A stretch of DNA of 64,000 nt from Octopus sinensis (GCF_006345805.1 NC_043004.1:66526001-66590000), one strand, 5' to 3'; positions 39,918 through 53,058 are shown, counted from the first letter of the stretch. A program made the numbers and translations. Notes: a model not told the origin generated them from the letters alone.

Positions 39918-41665
39918 TGAAATTTTGCGGTTGCCTAAGGTTAGAGGCTGCAACCCGGTATCCACATAATCCCTACCAGAAATTAGACCGAATTTCGGTC
40001 AACTTTGAATAATATTTTATACATCTCAACAGGCACGTCTATTCCTCACGTTCTCTGTCTCTCATTATATATATAATATATAATATATATATATATATAT
40101 ATATAATATATATATATTTGTGTTAGTGTGCATGTGTGATTCTGTATATGAGTGTCTGTGTATGTGAATATGCGAGGACTTGTGTATGGCTTAGGCATAT
40201 ATAATTGTCATATACAAATGTGCATATGTGTGTGTATGTGTGTGTACGTGTGTGTGTCTGTATGTGTGTGTGTGTGTGTGTGCGTTCGTGTGTGTGTAAT
40301 AGTGTTTGTACATGTACTAGAATATTATAGACCTTCTGAAGCATCGTGAAACTGAGTTAACTTGTAGATGGCCACTACAAGGAAAGTAGATATATATTGA
40401 AGTAACATATCGGTTTTCGATTTCCGTAAATAATTCACTATTTCGGCGTTAAAAGGCAGCTACTCAACGAAAAAAATAATGGAAGATGAGCTTATGTCTG
40501 ATCATCACAGCTATCTAGAAATACAAAGAGAATACATCAGTCTAATAGTAGTTTTAACTTAAGCAAGTGAACCAGCGTTGAACATTTCTCTTGGCGTAAT
40601 ACATTTGTGGTAAAGTCAGTCGGCAGGATTGATCCAGAGCGCCACACTCTTATTTAAGCAGCGGCTTATAACAAAGACACTTTCCATTGGAAAATATATA
40701 ACCGCTGACATGACATAAATTGGATGATATTGTCATTGTCAAGGCCGTTAAACAGAATACTGAAGCTTTAGGGCTAAATAAGGTTTTCCACTGAATAAAT
40801 TTCTATCACAAACAGGCAAAAATTTTACGCCGCTGTTTGAGATATAACTACACAGCTCTGTATAGTGCACTCACACATACAGAAAGGGAGGGCGCCTATT
40901 TTCGTTCGTGATTAATTACTGTTTGAATTATCAAGTATTGAAATAGCACGTAAACTTTCTGCTACATCAGTTACTGTCAAGGCATCACGATTTATTAAAG
41001 ATATCTATGAAGTATGTCCAAAAATCTTACCTTCCTGTTCCTTCAACGTTATTGAATTTGAATTTGCTAAAACTAATGGCAACCCTGATCTATGTCAACA
41101 TCCAGGACAGATGAAACTTCGATGCAGATATTTTGGTAAAAAATATATTACCGATGACATCACATAGATTGGAAGATATTGTCATTATCAAGCAACCGAT
41201 GATTTCTTATTAGTGAGACAGGTACTTATTATATCGATCTGTTTTGCTGAACTGCTAGTTTACGAGGGCATAAACACAGCAGTATCGGTTGTCAAGAGAT
41301 GGTGGGCGGACAAACACAAACACACACTCACAAATACATAAATGTAGTAATCAGTTAGATTATTGCGGGTGTTACGTTCCAAAACCCACCGCGATAAATG
41401 AAAATCCACGAATTACAGAATCTGTTATTAAACGTCAGTATATTCGCGTCTTTTCCCCTGGATATTTACTATATTAGAATTTTAACCCACAGATCTACGC
41501 AGAATTGTACCTAAGGAATTATGGTCTTGTTTCTACATCGGAAAGTTGAAATATGAACTTTTCTGCTGCTTTTTTCTTCTCTCTTTTCATCTCCTTATTC
41601 CTTTACTCCCTTCCTTTATGTCGTCATCTCATTAATATTAACCATTCCCATTTACTTCCATATTT

Positions 41666-41738
41666 GTTTCTGATGAAGGAATATCTCATATTCAAGGATA
41701 TCCCATACCCGAGGAAATCCCAGAAACAGCTGTAAGAC
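41666..41738 (+). ncRNA. Minimal type I hammerhead with intact core
   Basis: GTTT-CTGATGA (41670-76)...GAAAC-AGCT-GTA (41732-34)-AGAC; stem I GTTT/AGAC; stem II irregular; same family as 357-406. Confidence 0.65.
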
Positions 41739-41994
41739 TTTGAAGTTTTAGAATTTTGAATTCTTCCAATAATAATAATGTATACGACTTGAAATATTTA
41801 CCTTGCCTTAACGTTTGCTGTCCTCTTTAACAATATATATAAATGTGAAACAAGGTGGAAAAAAGAGTACTCAAATACCAGGGGTAGAGTAATATGCTTT
41901 ATTTAAGAGCAGCAGAAAATTCAACAAAATCTGTAACAGGTTTTGCTGAATTTTCTGCTGCTTATAAATAAAGTATATATATATATATTTATAT

Positions 41995-42153
41995 ATACGA
42001 CAGACTTCTTCCAGTTTCCGCCTACGAAATCCCCTCACAAGACTCTAGTCGGCCCGATGCTATAGTAGAAGCCATTTACCCAAGGTGCCACGCCGTGGGA
42101 CTGCACACGGAACAATGTGAGTGGGAAGCAAGCTTCTTACCACACAGCCACAC
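41995..42153 (-). mobile_element. SINE family A, 5' half
   Basis: Reverse complement of head and body up to gacgg..actg.aagaag..cgtcgtata. Confidence 0.8.
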
Positions 42154-42694
42154 ACATCTGAATTTGTTATGATATCTTCTGAAACCATTATTTGTAAGTG
42201 TTAGCGGCTTTCTGTAACACACAAACACGCAGGAAGTGATCCAGGTACATATATAATTTTTAATATAATCTGATAAAACTTTTTGTTGATATTAATCCAA
42301 ATTTAGACGGATACATTAATGATGTCACCTCATATGAATTATAGAATGAGAAATATTATTATGGTAACATTGATTTGCACACAAGACATCAACATCATTC
42401 GTGAGGTCTATAATACTCTCCCAAACAAATTATTTCCTTCTTCATCATACTGGAGTTGATAAAATTCATATTCATAATATACTTTGAAAGCATCCATCAC
42501 ATCCAACCTAATTAGAGTACGATTGTGCGCAATTACAATTACAAGAACTCTTTAGAAATCATAATATTATTGAACTTGAATTTGCTGAGTGTAATGGCAA
42601 GGTTGATCAATGTCAAATTCCCGGACAGAGGAGTTTTTGATCCTTATATTTTGATGTCTACTAAGTGTTAATCCATTATAAAGATTTAGCATGC

Positions 42695-42895
42695 TGGCAA
42701 AATTGTTAGCATGCCGGACAATAATGCTCTTTAGAACTTCATCCATCCTTACGATTTGAGTTCAAATTCAGGTGAGACCGATTTTTTTCGTTTTATTCTT
42801 TCGGATTGCTGAAATAACTCTCAGTTCAGTACTGAAATCAAAGAAAGTGATCACCGCTTTCCCTCAAATTTCGGTTCTCGTATGTGTAGTAGAAA
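42695..42895 (+). mobile_element. SINE family B, decayed
   Basis: gctggcaaaattgttagcatgccggac...gagttcaaattc...gtagtagaaa. Confidence 0.7.
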
Positions 42896-42935
42896 GCATG
42901 TTACAAACATACGTAGACTGATACAGATTTGTTTT

Positions 42936-42966
<31 letters not shown>

Positions 42967-43338
42967 AAATGCGTTCTGTATGTGTGTGTGTGGCTCCTAG
43001 GATATAGGGCATCCTCCATCCGATTGCGCTCAAATTTGATATGTAGATATCGATGGTATCAGGGCATGTAGAAGTATTGATAACATTACAAAATTCGATT
43101 CCAGGTGAGAATGCGATCGATAAAGCCGTGGCAAATGATTTTTTTTTCTTTGGAATAGAAAAAAGTATATCTTTATTTCTTCTTTTGCTGGTGTCTCAAA
43201 TTCAGATTAAATCAGTGTTTCTCAAAGGGGAGACCTAAGGGACGGTCGGACAAATTGTTTTGAGAAATTTTGGTTTAAATGTTTGACAACTCAGCACCAT
43301 CCATTGGACAGAGGTGAGGATGTTTTGCTCGTATATTA

Positions 43339-43369
<31 letters not shown>

Positions 43370-43869
43370 TATAAAGGTATGAAACCCACACGTATTAGAC
43401 TATTCACTTGAATATATGTTAGTGTTTCTATTTTGTTTCAGTCAATTATTTGTTTGCAATACTTATTAATGATCTAAAATATTTAAATATTTGCATAGCC
43501 GAACTGTCGTTACATTTGGTTTTGAAGCTATTTCGACATGTTGCATTGTAAAACCCACATTTCTCGCAAAAATGCCCGTTTCCATATCTTCCGCTTTCTC
43601 ATATTCCCTTGTGCATGCATAGATTTCACTACAAGTGGATGCTTCTGTATGTTTATGTGTATTTACGTAGCAAGACCGCGTTCAACGTATATGCATGTTA
43701 AATGACGTAATTTTTAACGCTTCTGGTTATTAAAATAAATTTCCTGGAGACGCAGATGGTTGGAGAAATAATGCTATAGATTTGTCATAAAGGATATAAA
43801 TATACATACATTCATACATACTTGCATGCAGATATTTGCGCACACACATATGCGCGCTTGCATATATAT

Positions 43870-43911
<42 letters not shown>

Positions 43912-44011
43912 ATTATATATATATATATATAGTATATATTATATATATATATATATTTATATAAATATTATATATATGTGTATGTGGTGTGTGTGTGCAT
44001 ATGTATGTATA

Positions 44012-44053
<42 letters not shown>

Positions 44054-44205
44054 CATATATGTATGTATATATATATATATATGTATATATATTGGAAATT
44101 TGTTATTGAACTATTCTTTTATCATTGAAAACACATGTGTGTTATGATTCAATACGATATAAGTCCATTTCTTGGTGTATAGATGTATGGATTTGTGTGT
44201 GTGTG

Positions 44206-44243
<38 letters not shown>

Positions 44244-44319
44244 CATATATATGTATATATATATACATACATATTATGTATACAGGTATATTAAATATAT
44301 ATAATGTTATATATACATG

Positions 44320-44397
<78 letters not shown>

Positions 44398-44415
44398 ATA
44401 TATATATATCAGAAT

Positions 44416-44746
44416 CACACAAAAGCCGTTCGATTCACTTCAACATTTAAGGTTAATTTGTCAAAATATTTTCGTCGCTTTAAGATCACGACCTGTTCAC
44501 TGACAAAAATCCGTGCTGCATCTGAGAAAGTAACAGTTAGTTCGTTATATATATGTACGTATGTATGTGTGTATGTATGTATGCCCGCATGTATGCATGT
44601 ATGCATACATGCGTACATACATACATACACACATACATACATGCAGCACGGATTCTTGTCAGTGAACAGGTCGCGGTCTTAAAGCGACGAAAATATTTTG
44701 ACAAATTAAACTTAAATGTTGAAGTGAATCGAACGGCTTTTGTGTG
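44416..44746. repeat. Fold-back: 106-bp inverted arms around (TATG)n/(CATA)n, each arm with a hammerhead-like motif
   Basis: 44416-44521 is the reverse complement of 44641-44746 with a few mismatches; the left edge abuts a long (TA)n tract. Confidence 0.9.
44656..44704 (+). ncRNA. Hammerhead candidate with G3-C8 core covariation
   Basis: TTGTCA-GTGAACA-G-GTCGC(ggtcttaaa)GCGAC-GAAA-A(TA)T-T-T-TGACAA; mirror copy on the minus strand at 44457-44507. Confidence 0.65.
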
Positions 44747-44854
44747 TTTCTTAAATGGCTTACAAACACTTTCCACGCTGCAATTGTTTCGTTTCAGCAC
44801 ACGATCTCAGATCAAATCACTTGCTATGCAGGTACATCTCCATAATATATATAT

Positions 44855-44888
<34 letters not shown>

Positions 44889-44954
44889 TGTGCGTGTATA
44901 TATATATACATATATATATGTATATATATATATATACATATATATATGTATATA

Positions 44955-45024
<70 letters not shown>

Positions 45025-45588
45025 CCTATATATATATATATATATATGGATAGATTGATAGGTCGATAGCTAGATGTAGAGAAAGAGAGAGATATATATT
45101 GTGAGAGGGACACAGAGGCATGTAGCACGTACTCATGTTGTCATAAACTATATCATACATCAATTTTCGCTGGTGGACTTCGAATTGTAAAAATTTGTTT
45201 AACGTCCTTGCAAATTTACTTCCATCAAATCTACTCCGTTGTTACCATTTCATATTCATTGTACGCAGTTGACTGGATTGATGCGGATGCATTTTGCTGA
45301 GTACAGCCATGTTAGATTTATCACGGTACAGCTTCTCCGCGGAAAATGGGACACTAACAGCAATTGAAGACGCGATGAAAGTGGTTGCAGCAGGTAAAAA
45401 TCGAATATGCACACACACACACACTTACACATACACATACACACATATTTCTGAGCGCATCTAAGAGTGTGTGAATGTATACCTGTGCGTGTGTATAAAT
45501 ATACATATACATAAATACATACATACATATATATATATATATGCATATATTTATATATATATATAAATGTGTGTGTGTGTATGTATTC

Positions 45589-45669
<81 letters not shown>

Positions 45670-46431
45670 TGCATATATACATAAATATATGTATGTATAT
45701 TTATATGTACATACACATATGTGTGTATGTATACCTGCATACTCGCATGCTGACTGAAAAGGGGAATAAGTGAAATGAGTGTACGAAACAAATAGAAAGA
45801 GGAATATGTCACGTGTGAAAGAGAAGGAGAAAGAGAAGGAGAAAGAGCGAGGGAGAGAGAGAGAGAGAGAAAACTAAATGAAGCAGCAATGAAAGCGCGA
45901 ACGTGGTAGAATGTTAGAATTGGGTGTATGAATAAAACGTATCGATTTTCTTTTATAGCTTCTAAATAATTCAGTTTTTCTGTGTCACTGAAACTTGAAG
46001 GGTTTCATAGAACGGCGTTTCTGTTCAACTGCGGAAATTGGTAATATGGAGACACCAGAATTTCTACAGACTCTTTGAAGGGAAGTTGTCCATGTATGAT
46101 GAATGGTTTTCAATATAGCTGGGCATAGAATTATACTGGAGTAAGTTAAAGAAAATGACAAAGAACAAACTCCTAAATATCCTTCGAAATAAGCAGAATT
46201 TAGAAAAAAGTTATAACACACCTAAATAAAAGAATAAAAATTTATGGCTCTAAATTAATAGTTTATATTTTAAAATGTAACTATTTTGAGCAAATGTTTC
46301 CCTTAAATGTTTATGCAGTAAATCTAACCAAGTTTTGTTCATAACAGATCACATTTTCTCATATAACCGTATATTTTAATTAATTTAAGACGAAATGTTC
46401 ATGAGTAAAACCGGTATGAAAATATATGCAC

Positions 46432-46506
<75 letters not shown>

Positions 46507-46723
46507 GTGTCTCTTGTATCATGTCTTAAATAGCTTTTTGCTTTAGCTGAATATCAATTAAAGTTTCGTGGACACTTATGGAACATACATCTCATCAGCT
46601 ATTCAGAGAACGATCAACACGAAAAGAAAATGGCGGTACAAATGATAACGCATCACATTTTGGCTGGAACACAAAGTATAAAGGAGCAAAATTTAAGTGT
46701 ATATATATATATATATATATACA

Positions 46724-47083
46724 GGCGCAGGCGTGGCTGTGTGGTAAGTAGCTTATTTACCAACCACATGTTTCCGGGTTCTATCCCACTTCGTGGCACT
46801 TTGGGCAAGTGTCTTCTACTATAGCCTCGGGCCGACCAAAGCCTTCTGAGTGGATTTGGTAGACGGAAACTGAAAGAAGCCCGTTGTATATATGTATATA
46901 TGTGTGTGCGTTTGTGTGTTTGTGTGTCTGTGTTTTTCCCCCTAGTATTGCTTCACAACCGATGCTGGTGTGTTTATGTCCCCGTCACTTAGTGGTACTG
47001 GGCTTACAAAGAATAAGTTCCAGGTCGAGTTGCTCGATTAAAGGCGGTGCTCCAGCATGGCCGCAGTCAAATGACTGAAACAA

Positions 47084-47085
<2 letters not shown>
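46724..47085 (+). mobile_element. SINE family A with a short 3' internal deletion
   Basis: Head caggcgtggctgtgtggtaag...; lacks the ttcggcaaaagagaccgatagaataa segment. Confidence 0.9.
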
Positions 47086-47122
<37 letters not shown>

Positions 47123-47124
47123 TC

Positions 47125-47172
<48 letters not shown>

Positions 47173-47827
47173 TATAGGTAGATACATAGGTAGATGGATA
47201 GATAGATAGATAAAACTTACTTGGAAGAGGATGTGTGACATTCCATCATATAATAATATAAATATTATATAAATATATGCATGTATACATACATATATGT
47301 ACATACCTACATCTATAAGCATATATACATGCATGTATGGGTGCAAGATATTTAAAAAAAACGTTGAACACAATGAGAAACGAATACATAAAAACAAAAC
47401 CATGGAAACGAACTTTTTTCAAACGACGAAATCACTGAGCACAATACATACAGCACAAGGAATATTTCACTTCTTCAGTTGTCTCTGTTTCTTCTACTTT
47501 GCGTTTCGAAGGAAATATATGGTGGGCAAGTTTGTGTGTGTGTGAGTGTGTGTGCATGTATAAGAGTATGTTCTTACCATATAAGATAATTTACAAAAAT
47601 CTGATGTGTTCCTCTACATTTTTGCAGATAACAAATATATCATTTATTTACAAGAATATTCTTGACAGTCACTTCAATTACTTGCCCAGCCCGGCTATCA
47701 TCAGACTGCTCAGCGATGATTTAGCTGTCGGAGATTTTGAAGTCATTGGCAAGAACAGTTATGTGTAAAAATAATATTTATCTACATATGTGTGCGTGCG
47801 TGTGTGCGCATAAGTGTGAGTACTGAA

Positions 47828-47883
<56 letters not shown>

Positions 47884-47884
47884 T

Positions 47885-49195
47885 GAGAAAGATGGTGTGT
47901 GCAAGAGCGCTTGGTTGAATATATAGAAAATAGTAAAAAGTGAAAAAAATATGAAGGCTTGTTTTAAAAGGTTAAAAAATATATTTGAGTCATTATGTCA
48001 GAAGAATGTTAAAAAATTTTTTCATACAGTGACATAGTTTTTGAAGAAATTACCGGTTTCGTGTTAACTTTTGAAATTTCTCAAAACATCGTGTTATGTC
48101 TTCGTTATGAAGTGCAAATACGAGTTCCAGGTAGGGGGAGGTAATAAGCGATTTCCTCCGGTATGAGGGAGATAATCGCTTCATATTTCTTTTCCATTTT
48201 ATGTAATGGGATGAATTTCTCTGTATAAGAATGTTAGAGTAATAAGTTTGGGCTTATATTTTTCAATGAAGAATGTTTCCTTGTTTAGTCTAATTTGTGT
48301 TGGTGTTCCAATAGCACATTGATAGAATGGAAAGATTAAAAATTGTGGTAGTAGTTGCTTTGCACATTTCTCAATATGCTCACTAAAGGGTATCATTCTG
48401 TATTCTGGGAATGCAATCTGTTGTCGATGTAGAGTGCATCTACGTCTGAGTGATAGTCCCGTGGACTCCACGTAGTTTTGGTGGCAGCCCGAGCATCTTA
48501 TGACATAAATTATGTTTTCAGAAGCACAAGTAAAATTGAATTTTTGTCCCTCTTTGAAAAGGAATTCTGATCCTTCTAGAAGGTTTGGGCATGTTGCGCA
48601 GTTTGGTCTACCACATTCTTTTTACTTTTGCATCCGTAATTTCAGAAAACAATTTTGCCTTTGTGAGAATCTTTTTAAGTGATTTAGGTTGTTTGTAGCT
48701 TTTAATGATTTTATGTATGTTTAGAATTTCCTTTAATTTGGGGTCCTTATGAAGTATTGGTAAATTCTGGGTGATGATGTTGAAGGCTTCTTTGTTTCTG
48801 AGGTTGTATGTGGATATGTAAGGCAGTATTTTTGGGGAAGGTGTGTTGTGTTGAACTTTTCTCAAAGTTTCTATGTCGATTTCTGTTGCACGTCTGATCC
48901 CATCCTCTATGAGTTGAGCTGGGTAGTGTCTGTCAATTAGGGTGTTTTTGATTTCTGTAGTCTAAGGTTCCTGATATTTTGTTCTGACACTATTGTGCAT
49001 ATCCTTCTAATAAGGTTGAAAGGGGTGTTTGTTTTAGTGTGTCTTGGGTGGCATGAATCAAAAAGTAGGTATTGTTTAGCGTCTTTGCCTTTGTAAAAAA
49101 TGTCTGTTTCTATTTTAAGGTTAATTTTTTAAATTAGTATTTCTAAGAATGGAAGCTACTTTTGGTTGTATTCCATTGTGAACAAACAGCTATTT
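47885..49195 (-). mobile_element. 5'-truncated Neptune-type PLE: RT thumb, Cys linker, GIY-YIG endonuclease and pLTR
   Basis: LPFLEILI..ETDIFYKGKDAKQYLLFDSCHPRHTKTNTPFNLIRRICTIVS...CGRPNCATC...NIIYVIRCSGCHQNYVESTGLSLRRRCTLHRQQI...RLNKETFFIEKYKPKL (48199-49175, few stops/frameshifts); decayed HHR ..ACGAAGAC..GAAACCGGTA near 48050-48110; (TA)n at the 3' flank. Confidence 0.92.
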
Positions 49196-49223
49196 TATAA
49201 CCACAAAATTAGGGATAAAATTT

Positions 49224-49324
49224 GACAGGAACGAAATGAAAAATAAAAACATTTTACCATCTAGATTCCAATTGGTCCTGGAAACTAAGTGGTAAAATGT
49301 TTTTATTTTTCATTTCGTCCTGTC
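49224..49324. repeat. 101-nt hairpin at the PLE truncation point
   Basis: GACAGGAACGAAATGAAAAATAAAAACATTTTACCA / TGGTAAAATGTTTTTATTTTTCATTTCGTCCTGTC with an inner TTCCA/TGGAA stem. Confidence 0.9.
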
Positions 49325-49334
49325 CTAAAGTATG

Positions 49335-49535
49335 AAACGTGGCTTGAAAAGACACAGTAAATTTCATGGAGCTGTGAACTATACAACCACCAAGTTTTCT
49401 TGCACTAATTGTCAAAAAACATGCAAGTCTTTAGTAGGCCTCAAAAGCCGTATTCCTGCAGCTCATCGTTGATATTCTAGGGCATAGAGACGTAAGGCAA
49501 TGGCCCTACTCGAAATCGAGTTGGCAACCATCACA
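49335..49535 (+). mobile_element. RTE-type LINE 3' end with C2H2 zinc-finger remnant
   Basis: GLKRHSKFHG...FSCTNCQKTCKSLVGLKSRIPAAHR*, short 3' UTR ending ggcaaccatc, then (CATA)n. Confidence 0.65.
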
Positions 49536-49744
49536 TATATACATACATACATGCTACGTATATAGAACAGTTTGAGATGTGGTGCACGTTGACATGGTGT
49601 ACACATCCTATATAATGAGAAAAGGGCAGTATATCGCAGAAAGGTGCGATCCCGTCGAAACACTTGTTGAGCAAACTCAAGCACTCTGAGCTGTCTGACA
49701 TGATTTGGTTCTTAGACAAGAAAAACTAAAATAGAAGAGTTCCA

Positions 49745-50120
49745 TATAATTGACAGATAGCTCAGTACCAGCACCATTAAAGTTTCCACAGTTATACACA
49801 CCAAGTTCCCATTGCCTTTGATGGTTTTAGTGTTATTCGCCAGCAGGGACCATTTCATGTATCCTCACTTTTCCCGTAGGTTCTTACGGTCAACGAGGCA
49901 GCATACGTGGGGACAAAAGAGATGGTTGTCAACTCCTGAATAGAGAGAATAGCTAATGTACGGCCATACTCATTCCAGCAAAACTCTTTACTTAACTCTC
50001 ACACAATTTGCATGATTCGGGAGTTGGTAGCAGAAAATATTCGCGATCATGTTATTCGTAGCATTTGGTGTCCTAGCTCTCCTGATGTAACTCTATGGAC
50101 AACTACGTCCGGGTAGTCAA
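49745..50120 (+). pseudogene. maT (DD37D-type Tc1/mariner) transposase catalytic-domain remnant
   Basis: DR*L..TVIHTKFPLPLMVLVLFASRDHFMYPHFF..LTVNEAAY..IERIANVRPYSFQQNS..IWCPSSPD resembles maT HTKFPASVMV...RPYVFQQDSAP...WPPSSPDLNP. Confidence 0.8.
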
Positions 50121-50992
50121 TGGAAGAAAAAGAAAGGGAAATAGAGAAAGGGAAAGAGAGAAAGAGAGAGGGAGTAAAGACAGAAAGAGAGACAAAGACA
50201 GGAAGAGAGAGGAAGAGAGAGAACAAGAAGCCCACCCAAAATAACAAGAAAACGTTGATGTCTGCTACTACGGATGTTACGGTCAACGAGAATAAAGATC
50301 AATGCAATTATTGTTTTCAAATGTATGGAGACAATAATAGCGGTTGATAAAGGTTTCATTAAATTGCCTTTTGCAACGTGAATCTACGAATATGTGCACC
50401 AAATTCTATAAAAATATTTTAGTTCTTTTGATAAATATATTTTCCCTTAAATTTAAATTTTATCCTCAGCTGCTGCTTTCTGTATATAACAAGAAAGACC
50501 ATAAAGAGAAGGCAATAAAAAGTAGGGAAATTTTTTCGCAAATGTTATCTTAATATATAACGCTTATCAGAAAGGGAATGTGTTTTGATGTTTCAAACGT
50601 CAACCCATTATCAGAAGAAAAATATAGCACTTTCTTCTATGTTTTACTTCTTTGTAGAACAAAACGAGATAAAGGAAAAGGGCGATGTGGAAATGAAATT
50701 CTATAGGAGGGGTGGGAATGAGTGTCCACATATACGCAGACAATGAGTAGGTATGTGTACATATTTTTTTTTAGATTTTATGTGTGAGTGTGTAGAGAGG
50801 TGCACGAGAGTGGTAGTGTAGTGACTCTGGATAGTGGAAGTATGGGTGGTGAGTGTGCATGAGTTATCGCACACTGTGCGAGGAAAAAGTTCGAAGGAGT
50901 GTTAAAAAGGTGTGTAAGGAAAAGACAGAGGGCGTGTAAAAGAGGTGGAGGGTAGAAGTGTATGTAAGTTTCGGGTGGTAGAAAATGCAGCA

Positions 50993-51415
50993 AAGGCGGC
51001 GAGCTAGCAGAAACGTTAGCACGCCGGCCGAAATGCTTAGCAATATTTCGTTTTCCATTACGTTCTGAGTTTAAATTCTGCCGAGATTGACTTTGCCTTT
51101 CATCCTTTCGGGGTCGATTAAATAAGAACCAGTTACGCACTAGGGTCGATATAATCGATTTAATCCGTTTGTCTGTCCTTGTTTGTCCCTTCTGTATTTA
51201 GCTCCTTGTGGCTAATAAAGAAATACGTATTTCGCCAGCCGTTACGTTCTGAGTTCAAATATCGTCGGGGTCGAGTTTGCCATTCATCCTTTCGGGGTCG
51301 ATAAATTAAGTACCAATTATGCACTGAGATTGTTGTAATCGATGTAATCCCTTTGTCTGTCCTTGTTTGTCCCCTCTATGATTAGCCCCTTCTGGGCAAT
51401 AAAGAAATAAGAAAA
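50993..51415 (+). mobile_element. Family B SINE dimer with an alternative 3' tail
   Basis: Consensus head aaggcggcgagctagcagaaacgttagcacgccggccgaaatgcttagc; the body and tail (gtctgtccttgtttgtccc...aataaagaaata) occur twice. Confidence 0.9.
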
Positions 51416-52291
51416 TGCAGTCACAAGGACAAATTAGAAGACCCTTTACTTAAGCATCCGAAATAAAACTGAGAAGAAAAGCACGAATTTGTGAGAGATT
51501 TCTTAACACAACGGCAGAGAAATCAACTCAATCTATTAAAGCTAAATAAAACTTTTCTAGCTGTCTGTGGTTATATATTTCTAAACGAAATAGTTCTCAA
51601 ACGTGAGCCCAGAATAAATATGTATTATATGCAGGCTCTCTTACCTATATACGTTATGTTGCTCATTTTATTTTATTAAATCCGACAAAACGTATGGGAA
51701 TATTTTATACTTTACAATAAATTAAATGGTATATATTGTTTTCTAACCTGTTGTTCATTGGCTAAGTTTTATCGTTTTTGAAAGAAATAATACTCTAAAG
51801 TGAGTCCAGAATAAATATGAATATATTGCAATAATCAACAGATACTTGGTTATAGTTGATAAGAAGACTAAGAAGCGATCTCCAGATCATGCGATTCATG
51901 AAACGCATAGTGGAGTCGAATTCAGTCTGTGGACAACACAAATCATCCACATGGCAACAGGAAAAGATAAATTGTCATGACTTGAAAGTTCAGTATTACA
52001 CAGAATTTGTACTTTTCTAACTAATGTTTACCGGATATAATCTATGTGAAGGCAAACAACTCAACCAGATATAACATATGAAAGACACTATATTCTACAT
52101 AGTAAAAACAAAACTATATATAAGTAAACAAACACACACACACACACAAACATATGCGCACACACTCACACACATACACATACATACATGCATGCATATA
52201 TGTATATGCGTATGTGTGTATCTATATATATAGATATATATAGAGAGAAAGAGATAGAGAGGTGAGAGAGATATATATGAATGCATATATA

Positions 52292-52377
<86 letters not shown>

Positions 52378-53058
52378 GTGTATATATCTATATCTATCCA
52401 ACTATTTATCTATCCATGTACATATATATATATAATACTAGGAAGTCAATGACATAATGCATTATAATGATTATTTTGTAGTATGTCTGTAAAAATACTG
52501 AAATTATAACATTTGTTTGTGATATATTTACTGGAGCGAAAATGACAAACATACACAAAACGCGGCGGTTTTATGTATTTTCTTTTATTTATCTTTGTCA
52601 ATAACATCCGTAGCTTCTAAACCAGTCCATATTATTTTGCTGTTATTTCCTTCCATAGCTTAAGAAGAGACGCTTCATTAATTGCTAACACAAATAACTG
52701 CATTCAGTTGATTTTTCAGCAGAGTTAAGCTATTTACATCCATGGTTTTGCTGATGCAGCATTTTTAGTGTGTGTGATGCAGACATTGTGGTACGTTTCT
52801 TTCTAAAATTTTCTTTCCGCGACTCTCTCGGTATATACATATACATATTATTATATATATGTGTATATATATAGAGATAGGCAGAAAGAGAGAGAGAGAG
52901 AGAGAGAGTGATAAAGAGACATGTATCTCTCTCTCTCGCTCTCTCTCTATATATATATATTTAGAGAGAGAGAGACAGATAAATATATCAATATATATAC
53001 ATACACATACACATACATAAATGTATATATATATATGTATGTATATATGTAAATACAT

